From assembly GCA_964408545.1 (NCBI GenBank), contig CAYOZT010000001.1, forward strand, positions 1 to 60,081: a stretch of 60,081 nt of DNA, in the 5' to 3' direction. Each line of letters begins with the position of its first letter. Positions within the stretch are counted from its first letter, which is position 1. The stretch comes from an uncultured Oscillospiraceae bacterium (GTDB lineage Bacteria > Bacillota > Clostridia > Oscillospirales > Oscillospiraceae). The notes below the pieces were generated by a model. It had not been told where the DNA came from. It ran no database searches and saw nothing but the letters and a program-made list of their open reading frames with translations. Of this stretch, positions 28,476 to 38,398 are shown one piece after another. The translations under genes were made by a program, and so were the position numbers.

Positions 28476-29344
28476 CCCAGCGCCTCCTTCAGTGTATCGA
28501 TGTTGCGGTACATTTTTTCAAAATAATTTCCTTCGCCCATGCACATATCCAGTGTCAGGACACGCACGCCCGTCTCCCGTGCAATGACGGATGCCGCGGC
28601 GGTGCTGCCGTAGCTTTCGGTGAAGATGGCGGGCAGATCGTGCGCGCGGACAAGCTCGATCAGCTCGATCAGCTCGCGCGCGGAAGCTTCGCTGCCGGAC
28701 TCTTCCTCCACCGCCTCCAAGATCGTCAGGTCAAAGGCCTGCGCGAGGTAGGCAAAGCCGTCGTGGAAGGTGATCAGCTCGCGACAGCGAAGAGAACGAA
28801 GCGTTGTTTCGCCGTAGGACTGCAGCTCGTCGAGCTGCGCGAGCAGTGAGGCAAGGTTCCGTTCGAAAACGGCGCGGTCGCCCGGATATTGAACGCAGAG
28901 CGCGGCGCAAATATTTTGCGCCATGATCTTGGCGTTGGCAGGGGAGAGCCAGATGTGCGCGTCGTGCTCGTGATGATGGTCATGCTCGTGTTCGTGTCCC
29001 TCGCAGCATTCGAGCAGCGGCACACCGTCGGAGGCGTCGCAAAGGCTCGTGCAGCGCGACAAAAGTGCGTCGTCCAAGTTTTCCAGACCGCCGCCCGAGA
29101 GAATGACCAACTGCGCGTTTTCGAGTTTTTTCATCTGCGCGGTGGAAAGCGAATAGTCATGCAGGCAGGAAACGTTTTCACCGATGAGCAGTTCGACTTC
29201 CGTCTGCGTGCCCTCGCAAAGTTCGCGCGTCAGGTCATAGACCGGCCGCGTCGTCGCCAGAACGGAAACATCCTCCGATCTCGCCGCGCAGCCGAACAGC
29301 AGCGTCGGCCATAAAAATAACAATAAAAATGCAATCTTGCGCAT
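28472..29344 (-). CDS. znuA: Zn ABC transporter substrate-binding lipoprotein
   Basis: Lipobox-like LLFGC, CLHDY, His-rich loop HEHEHDHHHEHDAHIWLS, TFHDGFAY. Confidence 0.88.
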   Translation of the reverse strand: MRKIAFLLLFLWPTLLFGCAARSEDVSVLATTRPVYDLTRELCEGTQTEVELLIGENVSCLHDYSLSTAQMKKLENAQLVILSGGGLENLDDALLSRCTSLCDASDGVPLLECCEGHEHEHDHHHEHDAHIWLSPANAKIMAQNICAALCVQYPGDRAVFERNLASLLAQLDELQSYGETTLRSLRCRELITFHDGFAYLAQAFDLTILEAVEEESGSEASARELIELIELVRAHDLPAIFTESYGSTAAASVIARETGVRVLTLDMCMGEGNYFEKMYRNIDTLKEALG

Positions 29345-29496
29345 GGTGATCACCCGATTTCGTATTTCTTATATTGTACCATATCTGTCAACAATTTTCT
29401 CGAAAAAGCGGATTTCTTTTTTCGTGCGGCGTTTTGACAGGAAATGTCCGCCGAATGGATTATACTGATAACAAATCCCTACAAAGGAGGACATTT

Positions 29497-29814
29497 ATGC
29501 AGTTTACCAGTTTTTTACAGGACGGCAATTTGACCGTGGCGCTGACCGGGGAGATCGATCATCACCGCGCCAAAAGCTATATTCAGGCCATTGCCGCCAA
29601 AATCGAGGCGTACACGCCGAATGTATGCATTTTGGACTTTACGGATGTGACGTTCATCGATTCATCGGGCATCGCGGTGGTCATCAACGCGTTCCGCGAG
29701 ATGAAAAAGATCGACGGGAGCATCGTTTTGACCGGGATCGCCTCGCAGCCGATGAAGGTGTTCCGCGCCGCGGGCATCGATAAGATCATGGAGATCAGGG
29801 AGGTCGCCGTATGA
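29497..29814 (+). CDS. spoIIAA: Anti-sigma F factor antagonist
   Basis: GEIDHH, FIDSSGI STAS motif; AAGGAGG RBS; operon context. Confidence 0.93.
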   Translation: MQFTSFLQDGNLTVALTGEIDHHRAKSYIQAIAAKIEAYTPNVCILDFTDVTFIDSSGIAVVINAFREMKKIDGSIVLTGIASQPMKVFRAAGIDKIMEIREVAV

Positions 29815-30242
29815 AATTCGACAATTACATGATTTTGGAATTTCCCAGCAAATCCGCCAACGAGGCGTTTGCGCGCTCGGCGGTGTCCTGTTTTGCCGCG
29901 CAGCTCGATCCGACCATGGAAGAGCTCGGCGATATCCGCACGGCGGTATCCGAGGCCGTGACCAACGCTATCGTCCACGGATATCCCGACGCATTGGGGG
30001 TCATCATCCTGCGCTGCCGTATCCTGAAAGATAATGTGCTCGACATCGTCATCAAAGATCGCGGCAAGGGCATTGCCGATATCGAGCAGGCAAAGCGCCC
30101 GATGTTCACGACGGGCGGCAGCGACCGCAGCGGTATGGGCTTTACCATCATGGAAAGCTTCATGAGCGAGCTGGAGATCACCTCCGCGCCGGGAAAGGGG
30201 ACGACGGTGCATATGCGCAGAAAGCTGCAGCGCAGGAAATGA
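29811..30242 (+). CDS. spoIIAB: Anti-sigma F factor
   Basis: NEAFAR, AVSEAVTNAIVHGY, DRGKGI, RSGMGFTIME. Confidence 0.96.
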   Translation: MKFDNYMILEFPSKSANEAFARSAVSCFAAQLDPTMEELGDIRTAVSEAVTNAIVHGYPDALGVIILRCRILKDNVLDIVIKDRGKGIADIEQAKRPMFTTGGSDRSGMGFTIMESFMSELEITSAPGKGTTVHMRRKLQRRK

Positions 30243-30943
30243 CAGATACCCGAGAACTCATTGCGCGGGCGCAACAGGGGGACAAAGCCGCCGCCGAACG
30301 GCTCATCGACGAGAACGGAGGGCTTATTTGGTCGGTCACGCGGCGATTTTTGGGCAGAGGAACGGAGGCGGAGGATCTGTATCAGCTCGGCTGCCTCGGC
30401 TTTATGAAGGCGGTGGAGGGTTTCGATCTTGCGTTCGGAACACAGTTTTCGACCTATGCCGTGCCGAAGATCGCAGGCGAGATCCGTCGCTTTTTGCGCG
30501 ACGACGGGGCAGTCAAGGTCTCGCGCAGCATCAAAGAGCAGGCCGTGACCATTCGTGCCGCGCGAAATATGCTGACCGTTTCGCTCGGGCGCGAGCCGAC
30601 CGTTTCCGAGATCGCCGCGCAAACGGGGCTGACGAGTGAAGAGATCGCCATGGCGGAAACGGCTGTCAGCTGTACCGAATCGATCGACCGCCCGATGGGC
30701 GATGACGGTTTTTGCCTGGAAGATATCCTGAGCGACACGCAATCGGAAGAACAGCTCGTCGAAAAAATCTCCCTGCGACAGGCCATCGAAAAACTGCCCG
30801 AACGGGAAAGGACGGTCATCGAGCTGCGCTATTTTCACGATCTGACGCAGGATCGCAGCGCAAAGGTGCTCGGCGTCAGTCAGGTGCAGGTGTCGCGCAT
30901 CGAAAAAAAGGCACTGGAAATTTTGCGGCAATTGCTGCGATAG
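30239..30943 (+). CDS. sigF: Sporulation sigma factor SigF
   Basis: LIWSVTRRF, FSTYAVPKIAGEIRRFLRDDG, SQVQVSRIEKK; follows spoIIAB. Confidence 0.93.
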   Translation: MTDTRELIARAQQGDKAAAERLIDENGGLIWSVTRRFLGRGTEAEDLYQLGCLGFMKAVEGFDLAFGTQFSTYAVPKIAGEIRRFLRDDGAVKVSRSIKEQAVTIRAARNMLTVSLGREPTVSEIAAQTGLTSEEIAMAETAVSCTESIDRPMGDDGFCLEDILSDTQSEEQLVEKISLRQAIEKLPERERTVIELRYFHDLTQDRSAKVLGVSQVQVSRIEKKALEILRQLLR

Positions 30944-31017
30944 CGCGATTTTTTTCTTCCTTTTTCGAGCCGCCTGTGCTATAATGACAGAAAGAAAACG
31001 ATTGGACGGGTACAGCT

Positions 31018-33402
31018 ATGACAGAAGAATGGAACGCGCGATTTGCATCGGCCAGAAGGGCGTATATCGCTCGGCAATTTCAAAACCTGAACGATATGCA
31101 GCGGCAGGCCGTACTGACCACCGAAGGGCCGCTGCTGCTGCTTGCCGGCGCCGGCAGCGGAAAGACGACGGTGCTGATCCATCGCATCGCGAATTTGATC
31201 CGATTCGGCCGCGGCAGCGATTCTTCCGAGGTGCCCGCATGGGTGACGCAGGAGGATGTGCTGTTTCTTGAAGGACTGTCCGAGCCCATAAGTGACGAGC
31301 AGCGCGATCGGGCGGAGTACCTTTGTGCCTTGGAGCCCGTTGCACCGTGGGATATCATCGCCGTGACCTTCACGAACAAGGCCGCGAGTGAGCTGAAAGA
31401 TCGTCTGATCGAACTGCTGGATCCCGAGGCGGCGCAGGTCTGGGCGATGACCTTCCATTCGGCCTGCTGCCGCATCCTGCGCCGCTACGCCGAGTGTGTC
31501 GGCTACACCGGCAGCTTTACGATCTACGACACGAGCGACTCCGAGCGCGTCATGAAAGAGGTCATCAAGGACATGGGGCTCGACGACAAGACCTTTCCCG
31601 CCAAGTACGTGCTGGGCATCATCAGCCGCGAAAAGGATCGCCTGACCACGCCCGAAGAACTCCTTGCCCGCGCCGAGGCGAGCGGCGAATACCGTGCAAT
31701 GCCCGTTGCCAAGGCCTACGCGAGCTATCAGAAGCGCCTGCGCGAGAATAACGCCCTTGATTTTGACGATATCATTTTGCAGACCGTCCGCCTCTTGCAG
31801 GAAAACGAAGATGTGCGAGCCTTTTATCAGCGGAAATTTCGCTATGTTCTGGTCGACGAATATCAGGACACCAACCACCTGCAGTATCTTTTGACGAGCC
31901 TTTTGTCGGGCGGCTACGAAAATATCTGCGTCGTCGGTGACGACGATCAGAGCATCTACCGCTTCCGCGGTGCAACGATCGAAAACATCCTCGACTTTGA
32001 AAAGCAATATCCCGCTGCGCGACTGATCCGTCTGGAGCAAAATTATCGCTCGACCAAGGCCATTCTCGAGGCGGCCAACGCCGTCATTGCCAATAACCGC
32101 GGCCGCAAGGGAAAAACGCTCTGGACGGCCAATCCGCAGGGCGAGCCGATCACGGTATACGAGGCCTCCGACGAGCGCGCCGAGGCGAGCTTCGTCGCAA
32201 GCCATATCCTCATCGACAGGCAGGAAGGGCAGCCGATGCGCGATCACGCCGTTTTGTATCGCACGAATGCGCAGTCGAACGCGCTCGAATATGCGTTCAA
32301 GAGCAACGGCATCGCTTACCGCGTCATCGGCGGCACGCGCTTTTTCGACCGCGCAGAGGTCAAGGATATGCTTTCGTATTTGTGCGTGCTGAACAATCCG
32401 CACGACGATCTGCGCCTGAAGCGGATCATCAACAATCCGCCGCGCGGGCTCGGCGCGAAAACGATCGACACCGCGCAGCGCCTTGCCGAAGCGGAAGGAA
32501 AAAGCCTGTACAGCGTCGTTTCCGATGCGAAAGATTACGCGCCGCTGGAAAAAGCGGCGGCAAAGCTCGGGCAGTTCACCATGCTTTTGCTATCGCTCAA
32601 CGCGCTGCTTGCAGACGGGATGTCCCTGCCCGATTTTTACGAGGAACTGATGCGCCGCACGGGCTATGTGCAAATGCTCGAGGAAAAGCCGACGCCCGAG
32701 AACCAGTCACGCTTGGAAAACGTGCGAGAACTCAAATCGAGCATCCTGTCCTACATCGAAAACGAACCGGCACCGACGCTGGCGGGCTTTTTGGAGGAGA
32801 TTGCGCTCTACACCGACATCGAGGAGTACAACGCTTCCGACGATGCCGTCGTGATGATGACGATGCATTCGGCCAAGGGACTGGAATTTCCGAATGTCTT
32901 TTTGGTCGGCTTTGAGGACGGCCTGTTCCCGGGAATGCGCGCCATCGGCGACCAAGAGGAAATGGAGGAGGAGCGCAGGCTGTGCTATGTTGCCATCACG
33001 CGCGCCAAGAAAAAGCTCTACATTTCCCATGCAAGGCAGCGTATGCTCTACGGACGCACGAGCGCCGCGATGGCGTCGCGCTTTCTCAGGGAACTGCCGC
33101 AGCAAGCGCTCCGCTTCAAAGGCGGATACGCCTATCACCATGCCGCCGCCGCGCCCGAGCAGCGCAGCTTTTCGCAACCGCAGGTTGCGAAAAAGCCGCA
33201 ATGGCAACCGGCGGTTGCGCAAAGCGGCAGCTATTTGGAACTGAACAGGGGGGATATGGTCGAACACAAGGCTTTCGGCCGCGGACTCGTGCTGAGCGTG
33301 CTGAAAATGAGCGGCGATGCGCTTTTGGAGATCGCCTTCGATCAGGTCGGCACGAAAAAGCTGATGGCGAAAAGTGCCTCGCCTTACATGAAAAAAGTGT
33401 AA
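31018..33402 (+). CDS. pcrA: ATP-dependent DNA helicase PcrA/UvrD
   Basis: AGAGSGKT, TFTNKAA, DEYQD, GDDDQSIYRFRGA, QNYRS, HSAKGLEF, EERRLCYVAITRA. Confidence 0.96.
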   Translation: MTEEWNARFASARRAYIARQFQNLNDMQRQAVLTTEGPLLLLAGAGSGKTTVLIHRIANLIRFGRGSDSSEVPAWVTQEDVLFLEGLSEPISDEQRDRAEYLCALEPVAPWDIIAVTFTNKAASELKDRLIELLDPEAAQVWAMTFHSACCRILRRYAECVGYTGSFTIYDTSDSERVMKEVIKDMGLDDKTFPAKYVLGIISREKDRLTTPEELLARAEASGEYRAMPVAKAYASYQKRLRENNALDFDDIILQTVRLLQENEDVRAFYQRKFRYVLVDEYQDTNHLQYLLTSLLSGGYENICVVGDDDQSIYRFRGATIENILDFEKQYPAARLIRLEQNYRSTKAILEAANAVIANNRGRKGKTLWTANPQGEPITVYEASDERAEASFVASHILIDRQEGQPMRDHAVLYRTNAQSNALEYAFKSNGIAYRVIGGTRFFDRAEVKDMLSYLCVLNNPHDDLRLKRIINNPPRGLGAKTIDTAQRLAEAEGKSLYSVVSDAKDYAPLEKAAAKLGQFTMLLLSLNALLADGMSLPDFYEELMRRTGYVQMLEEKPTPENQSRLENVRELKSSILSYIENEPAPTLAGFLEEIALYTDIEEYNASDDAVVMMTMHSAKGLEFPNVFLVGFEDGLFPGMRAIGDQEEMEEERRLCYVAITRAKKKLYISHARQRMLYGRTSAAMASRFLRELPQQALRFKGGYAYHHAAAAPEQRSFSQPQVAKKPQWQPAVAQSGSYLELNRGDMVEHKAFGRGLVLSVLKMSGDALLEIAFDQVGTKKLMAKSASPYMKKV

Positions 33403-33445
33403 TATTTTCTCCGCACGGCGCATAATCCTAGGCGGGGGGATGTGT

Positions 33446-34069
33446 ATGCAGCGATGGATACGGATCGGTTTTCGCGTTTTTCTCGTGCTGCTCATCGCGG
33501 CGCTGCTGTGTTTTTTCGCCGTACGGAAAAAGTATTCCGATGTCATCATCACGCTGGCACAGACGAGCGTGACCAATGCAACGTCCGATCTGATCAATGA
33601 CGGTGTTTCCCGCCAGATCGCCGCGGGAAAGATCGGCTACGAAAATATCGTTTTCTTCGAAAAAGATGTCAGCGGTCGCGTCACGGCGCTGAAAACGAAC
33701 ATCGCGCAGGTCAATCAGCTGAAAACCGAGACGCTCGACTATGTCAACGAGACGCTGCTCGACACCGAGCATTTTTCCATCGGCGTGCCCATCGGCAGTA
33801 TGATCTTTCCCGAATTTCTTTCGGGAAAGGGGCCGCAGATCCCGGTGGAGGTCATGTCCGTGCGCAATTCCGATGCGAGCTTTTCGAGCGATTTCCTCGA
33901 GGCGGGCATCAACCAGACATTGCATCAGCTCAAAATGACCGTCTCGGTGGACGTGACGGTGCTGGTGCTCGGAAAAACCTTTGATTTCACGGTCGCAAGC
34001 GACGTGATCGTTGCCGAAACGGTCATCGTCGGCGAAGTGCCCAATACCTATCTACACGCAGGAGGCTAA
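33446..34069 (+). CDS. yunB: Sporulation protein YunB
   Basis: N-terminal TM, VPIGS, GPQIPV, F..AGINQTLH, IVAETVIVGEVP.TY. Confidence 0.9.
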   Translation: MQRWIRIGFRVFLVLLIAALLCFFAVRKKYSDVIITLAQTSVTNATSDLINDGVSRQIAAGKIGYENIVFFEKDVSGRVTALKTNIAQVNQLKTETLDYVNETLLDTEHFSIGVPIGSMIFPEFLSGKGPQIPVEVMSVRNSDASFSSDFLEAGINQTLHQLKMTVSVDVTVLVLGKTFDFTVASDVIVAETVIVGEVPNTYLHAGG

Positions 34070-34070
34070 T

Positions 34071-36044
34071 ATGGATCCCAGACAGAGAATTTTGGATTTG
34101 ACGGAGCTTTTGATTCAGGCAGGACATCGGTATTATGTGCTCGACGATCCGCAAATGCCCGATTTTGAGTACGATCGGCTGCTGCGCGAGCTCGAGGAAC
34201 TCGAAGCGGCCTATCCTGAGTTTGCGCAGTCCAATTCCCCGACCAAGCGCGTCGGCGGCGAGGCGCTCAGCCGTTTCGAAAAGGTCGTGCACCCCGTGCA
34301 ACTGAACAGCCTGCAGGACGTTTTTTCCGAAGACGAGCTGCGCGATTTCCTGCATCGCATCGCGCAGGATCATCCGAATGCCGCGTTTTCCGTCGAGCCG
34401 AAGATCGACGGATTGTCCGTCGCGCTCGAATATATCGACGGCCGCTTTGTTCGCGGCGCGACGCGCGGCGACGGCAATATCGGCGAGGACGTGACCGAAA
34501 ACTTAAAGACCATCCGCTCCATTCCCATGGTTATTCCCGATGCGCCTCGGCATTTGATCGTCCGCGGCGAGGCCTTCATGCCGAAGAGCAGCTTCGAAAT
34601 GCTCAACGCGCGGCAGGAAGAACTCGGTAAGCCTCTGTTTGCCAATCCGAGAAATGCCGCGGCAGGTTCTCTGCGCCAACTTGACCCGAAGATCGCCGCG
34701 CAGCGTGCGCTCGACATTTACGTATTCAACATCCAGTTGTGCGAGGGCGAGTCTTTCACGATGCATTCGCAGACACTCGAATACCTGAAAGCGCACCGCT
34801 TCAAGGTCATCGACTACCGCCTTCTGCGCGACGCCGATGCGATCCTTGCCGAAGTCAAGGATATCAACGAGCGGCGCGAGCGTATGATCTGCGATATCGA
34901 CGGCGCGGTCGTCAAGCTCAACGACCTTTCCGACCGTGAAAAACTCGGCGCGACGGCGAAATTCCCGCGCTGGGCGGTCGCCTACAAATATCCGCCCGAG
35001 ATCAAGCCCACGACCGTCGAGGATATCATCGTTCAGGTCGGACGCACGGGCGTTTTGACACCCAAGGCCGTGCTCGCGCCCGTTCGGCTCGCGGGAACGA
35101 CGGTCACGAATGCCACGCTGCACAATCAGGACTTCATTTCGCAGCGCGATATCCGCATCGGCGACACCGTGCTCGTGCGTAAGGCAGGAGAGATCATCCC
35201 CGAAATACTCGAGGTCGATCTTTCCAAGCGTCCGCAGGACACAAAGCCGTATTTTCTGCCGGAAAAATGTCCCGTGTGCGGCGCGCGGGTCGAGCGGGAC
35301 GAGGAAGGCGCCTTCCTGCGCTGCACGGGTGCGGAGTGCTCGGCGCAGCTCGTGCGACACATTTCGCATTTTACCTCGCGCGATGCCATGGATATCGAAG
35401 GCTTGGGCGAGTCGATCGTCGAAGCTTTGGTCGCCAATCGGCTGATACGCTCTTCGGCGGATATTTACTATTTGACGCTCGAAGATATCAAGTCCCTCTG
35501 GAAATCCGGCACGACTGCCGCGAAAAAGCTGCTTTCCGCCATCGAAAGCAGCAAAGATCAGGACTTGGGTCGCCTCATCTACGCCTTGGGCATTCGTCAG
35601 GTCGGCGCGAAAACGGGCAAGGTTCTGGCGCGCCACTTCGGAACGCTCGATGCCTTATCCGCCGCCACGGCCGAAGAACTGACGGCCGTGCCCGATGTCG
35701 GCGAGGTGACGGCGCAGAATATCGCCTCGTGGTTTGCGCAGCCGCAAAGCCGACACCTTGTCGAGCGACTGCGTGAGGCGGGGGTCAATTTCCGCTGCCT
35801 GCAGGAGCTGAGCGATACGCGTTTCGCAGGGCAAACCTTCGTGCTGACGGGCACGCTGCAAAGATTCACCCGTGAGGAGGCAAGCGAGAAGATCGAGCTG
35901 CTCGGCGGCAAGGTCTCCGGCTCCGTGTCGAAAAAAACGAGCTATGTCCTTGTCGGCGAAAACGCCGGCTCGAAGGAGAAAAAAGCCCGTGAGCTGCAGA
36001 TCCCCATCCTCTCGGAAGAGGAATTTTTGAAAATGATAGAGTGA
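34071..36044 (+). CDS. ligA: NAD-dependent DNA ligase
   Basis: EPKIDG, TRGDG, ANPRNAAAGSLRQ, QVGRTG, Zn finger CPVC..C..C, BRCT GSVSKKT. Confidence 0.97.
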   Translation: MDPRQRILDLTELLIQAGHRYYVLDDPQMPDFEYDRLLRELEELEAAYPEFAQSNSPTKRVGGEALSRFEKVVHPVQLNSLQDVFSEDELRDFLHRIAQDHPNAAFSVEPKIDGLSVALEYIDGRFVRGATRGDGNIGEDVTENLKTIRSIPMVIPDAPRHLIVRGEAFMPKSSFEMLNARQEELGKPLFANPRNAAAGSLRQLDPKIAAQRALDIYVFNIQLCEGESFTMHSQTLEYLKAHRFKVIDYRLLRDADAILAEVKDINERRERMICDIDGAVVKLNDLSDREKLGATAKFPRWAVAYKYPPEIKPTTVEDIIVQVGRTGVLTPKAVLAPVRLAGTTVTNATLHNQDFISQRDIRIGDTVLVRKAGEIIPEILEVDLSKRPQDTKPYFLPEKCPVCGARVERDEEGAFLRCTGAECSAQLVRHISHFTSRDAMDIEGLGESIVEALVANRLIRSSADIYYLTLEDIKSLWKSGTTAAKKLLSAIESSKDQDLGRLIYALGIRQVGAKTGKVLARHFGTLDALSAATAEELTAVPDVGEVTAQNIASWFAQPQSRHLVERLREAGVNFRCLQELSDTRFAGQTFVLTGTLQRFTREEASEKIELLGGKVSGSVSKKTSYVLVGENAGSKEKKARELQIPILSEEEFLKMIE

Positions 36045-36052
36045 ACAAGCAC

Positions 36053-36088
36053 AGCACGGCCTTCGATCCGATTCGGAGGCCGTGCTTC
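36053..36088. terminator. Hairpin between convergent ligA and eutH
   Basis: AGCACGGCCTTC...GGAGGCCGTGCT stem. Confidence 0.7.
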
Positions 36089-37168
36089 TTAGATATCGTG
36101 CTTTCTCGTCAAAAGCAGCGCTACGCCGACGGCGCCAATGCCGCCCGTGAGTTTTCCGACGATGACCGCGGGCAGTATTTGCGGCGCAAAACCTGCCGTG
36201 AAACCGAGATGGTCGCCGAACACGAACGCAGCCGATACGGCAAAGGCGACGTTGACGATCTTCCCACGCTCGTCCATCCGTTCGAGCATATGGAAGGTCG
36301 CGATGGAGTTGGCAAGGCTCGCGACCAGCCCGGCGGCAGCCGTATCGTTGATGCGCAGGCGCTTCCCGAGCGCGGCAAGGGGTTTTTGCAGAGCGCGCGT
36401 GATGACCTGCACCAGCGGGAAGGCGCCGGCCAGAACGATGGCGATCGCGCCGACGGTCTCGAAGCCTTCCGTGATCGGCGCCATGCCGCCGATGAGGGAA
36501 AAACCCGTCAGGCTCTCGACGATGGCGGCGGCGAGACCGAGCGTGATGACGGCCGTGACGAGCTTTCCGAATACGGTAAAGCCGCGGATCATGGCTTTTT
36601 CCGCAAATCCGAGCCCAAGGCCGATCAGCACGGCGATGAGCACGATCGGCACGAGATTTCTCAAGATCATGCCCGCGGGAAATCCCGCGACCAAGCCGCC
36701 GACGAAAATGCCGAGCGGGATCGTCACGACGCCGCACAAAATACCCTTGGCCAGCGCACTGCGATCGCTTTCGCGCACGATACCGAGGGCGACGGGGACG
36801 GTAAAGACCACCGTCGAGCCGAGCATCGAGCCGCACAGCACGCCGCCGAGCATGGCGGCGTTCGGATCGGTCGTCATCTCGAGCGCCAAGGCGCCGCCGC
36901 CCATGTCACACGCCAGCAGCGTCCCCGCGAACATCGCCGCATCCGCACCGAGAAATGCGTAAACGGGAACGACGACGGGTTTCAGAAGCTTCGCCAGCAC
37001 CGGCGCGATGCAGATGACGCCGACCATCGCCAACGCCAACGAGCCCATGGACAAAATGCCTTCTTCGAAGGCTTTGCCCAAGCCGAGTCGATCACCGAAA
37101 ATACGCTCGAGTGCGCCGAGCACGGCGAAAACGGCCATGACGGCGATGATGATCTCGTATGCGGACAT
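36089..37168 (-). CDS. eutH: Ethanolamine permease
   Basis: LGKAFEEG, LACDMGG, LAGAFP, AFVFGDHLGFTA, VGKLTGG. Confidence 0.92.
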   Translation of the reverse strand: MSAYEIIIAVMAVFAVLGALERIFGDRLGLGKAFEEGILSMGSLALAMVGVICIAPVLAKLLKPVVVPVYAFLGADAAMFAGTLLACDMGGGALALEMTTDPNAAMLGGVLCGSMLGSTVVFTVPVALGIVRESDRSALAKGILCGVVTIPLGIFVGGLVAGFPAGMILRNLVPIVLIAVLIGLGLGFAEKAMIRGFTVFGKLVTAVITLGLAAAIVESLTGFSLIGGMAPITEGFETVGAIAIVLAGAFPLVQVITRALQKPLAALGKRLRINDTAAAGLVASLANSIATFHMLERMDERGKIVNVAFAVSAAFVFGDHLGFTAGFAPQILPAVIVGKLTGGIGAVGVALLLTRKHDI

Positions 37169-37170
37169 GG

Positions 37171-37407
37171 TTAGCCCCCGTTTTTATCGACGATGGCGAC
37201 GACGACCGCGTCGACGGGGGCATCCATGCAATAGCGGGCGGCACTGTGCCCCGTCACGAGCAGCACCGTGTCCCCGCTGCCTGCTCCGACCTGATCGGAG
37301 GCGACCAATTCCTCCGTTTCCGTGCGCACGACCAAAAAGGTCTGCCCCGAGAGGCAGGAGGCTTTTCGTGTTGCCCACACCGAGCCGATCACTGTTCCGA
37401 TTTTCAT
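37171..37407 (-). CDS. eutN: BMC vertex pentamer protein EutN/CcmL
   Basis: GTVIGSVWATRK, D.VGAGSGD.VL, DAVVVAIVD. Confidence 0.93.
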   Translation of the reverse strand: MKIGTVIGSVWATRKASCLSGQTFLVVRTETEELVASDQVGAGSGDTVLLVTGHSAARYCMDAPVDAVVVAIVDKNGG

Positions 37408-37793
37408 TGTGTTCCCTCCAATATTTCCTTGGCAAGCGGCGTCAGTACCGCGCCCGGCGCAATGACGGCGCCGCTGCTGCGTATGGCGCGTGCCTCCTGC
37501 GCCGTGATCAGATGACGGCGATTGCCGTCGGTAAACAGGACGCCCCAGTTTTTCAGCTCGCGCTGCGCGGTCGCGCAGGAGGCCGAGAGGGCGCGATTGT
37601 TCACCTGCGGAAGCCCGGGCGTGTACAGATAAACGGCGACACCGCTCGAAAGCGCCTCCAAGACGGCTTCCTCGCGAAAATGCAGCAGTTGCCCGAGCGT
37701 GATCGAGCCGATGACCACCGCGTCGTAGGGCTTTTCCTCGACGAATTCAAAGGGCAGGGGAGGCGCCTGCCCGATCAAAAGTGCACGCTTCAT
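37404..37793 (-). CDS. Conserved eut-locus hypothetical protein
   Basis: Translationally coupled between pduL and eutN; C-terminal LITAQEA...VLTPLAKE motif seen in BMC-locus accessory proteins. Confidence 0.75.
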   Translation of the reverse strand: MKRALLIGQAPPLPFEFVEEKPYDAVVIGSITLGQLLHFREEAVLEALSSGVAVYLYTPGLPQVNNRALSASCATAQRELKNWGVLFTDGNRRHLITAQEARAIRSSGAVIAPGAVLTPLAKEILEGTQ

Positions 37794-38398
37794 GGCACGA
37801 TCCTCCCGAGATCGCCCGCCTTGAGCGCGCAGGCGTTTGCCTCGTCAAAGTCCAGATGCGCGGCGGTCGAGAACCGATCGCTGACGCGCACGACCGTGTC
37901 GCAAAAGATCGTCGGACGGTCGCTGAGCGTCTGCAAACGCACGCTTTGCCCATCCGTCACGCCGAAACGCTGCGCGTCGAGCGGCGTCAGATGCAAATGC
38001 CGCTTGGCGATGATGACGCCCTCTTGCACGGCAATGCGACCGTTCGGCCCTTCCAGAACGATGCCGGGTGTGTTTTTTGTGTCGCCCGAGAGTCGGATGG
38101 GCGCGTCGATACCGAGCGCGCGGCTGTCGGTCAGGGAGATCTCCACCTGCGCGCTTTTTCGCACGGGGCCGAGCACCGCGACGTTTTCCAATCGACCTTT
38201 TGCACCGACGATCGTCACGCGTTGTTCACTTAAGAATTGTCCCGGCTGCGAGAGCGGGCGCTTTATCGTCAGCTCGCTGCCGAAAAGCGTCAGGCATTGC
38301 TCGCGCGTCAGGTGCACATGGCGCGCCGACGCCTCGAGCGGAATGAAGATCCGCTCGAGCACGGCCTGCGTCAGCGTTTGGATGGCCTTATCATCCAT
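37790..38398 (-). CDS. pduL: Phosphotransacylase PduL
   Basis: SARHVHL, LSQPGQF, QVEISLTD, AKRHLH, HLDFDEANA; N-terminal amphipathic peptide. Confidence 0.92.
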   Translation of the reverse strand: MDDKAIQTLTQAVLERIFIPLEASARHVHLTREQCLTLFGSELTIKRPLSQPGQFLSEQRVTIVGAKGRLENVAVLGPVRKSAQVEISLTDSRALGIDAPIRLSGDTKNTPGIVLEGPNGRIAVQEGVIIAKRHLHLTPLDAQRFGVTDGQSVRLQTLSDRPTIFCDTVVRVSDRFSTAAHLDFDEANACALKAGDLGRIVP

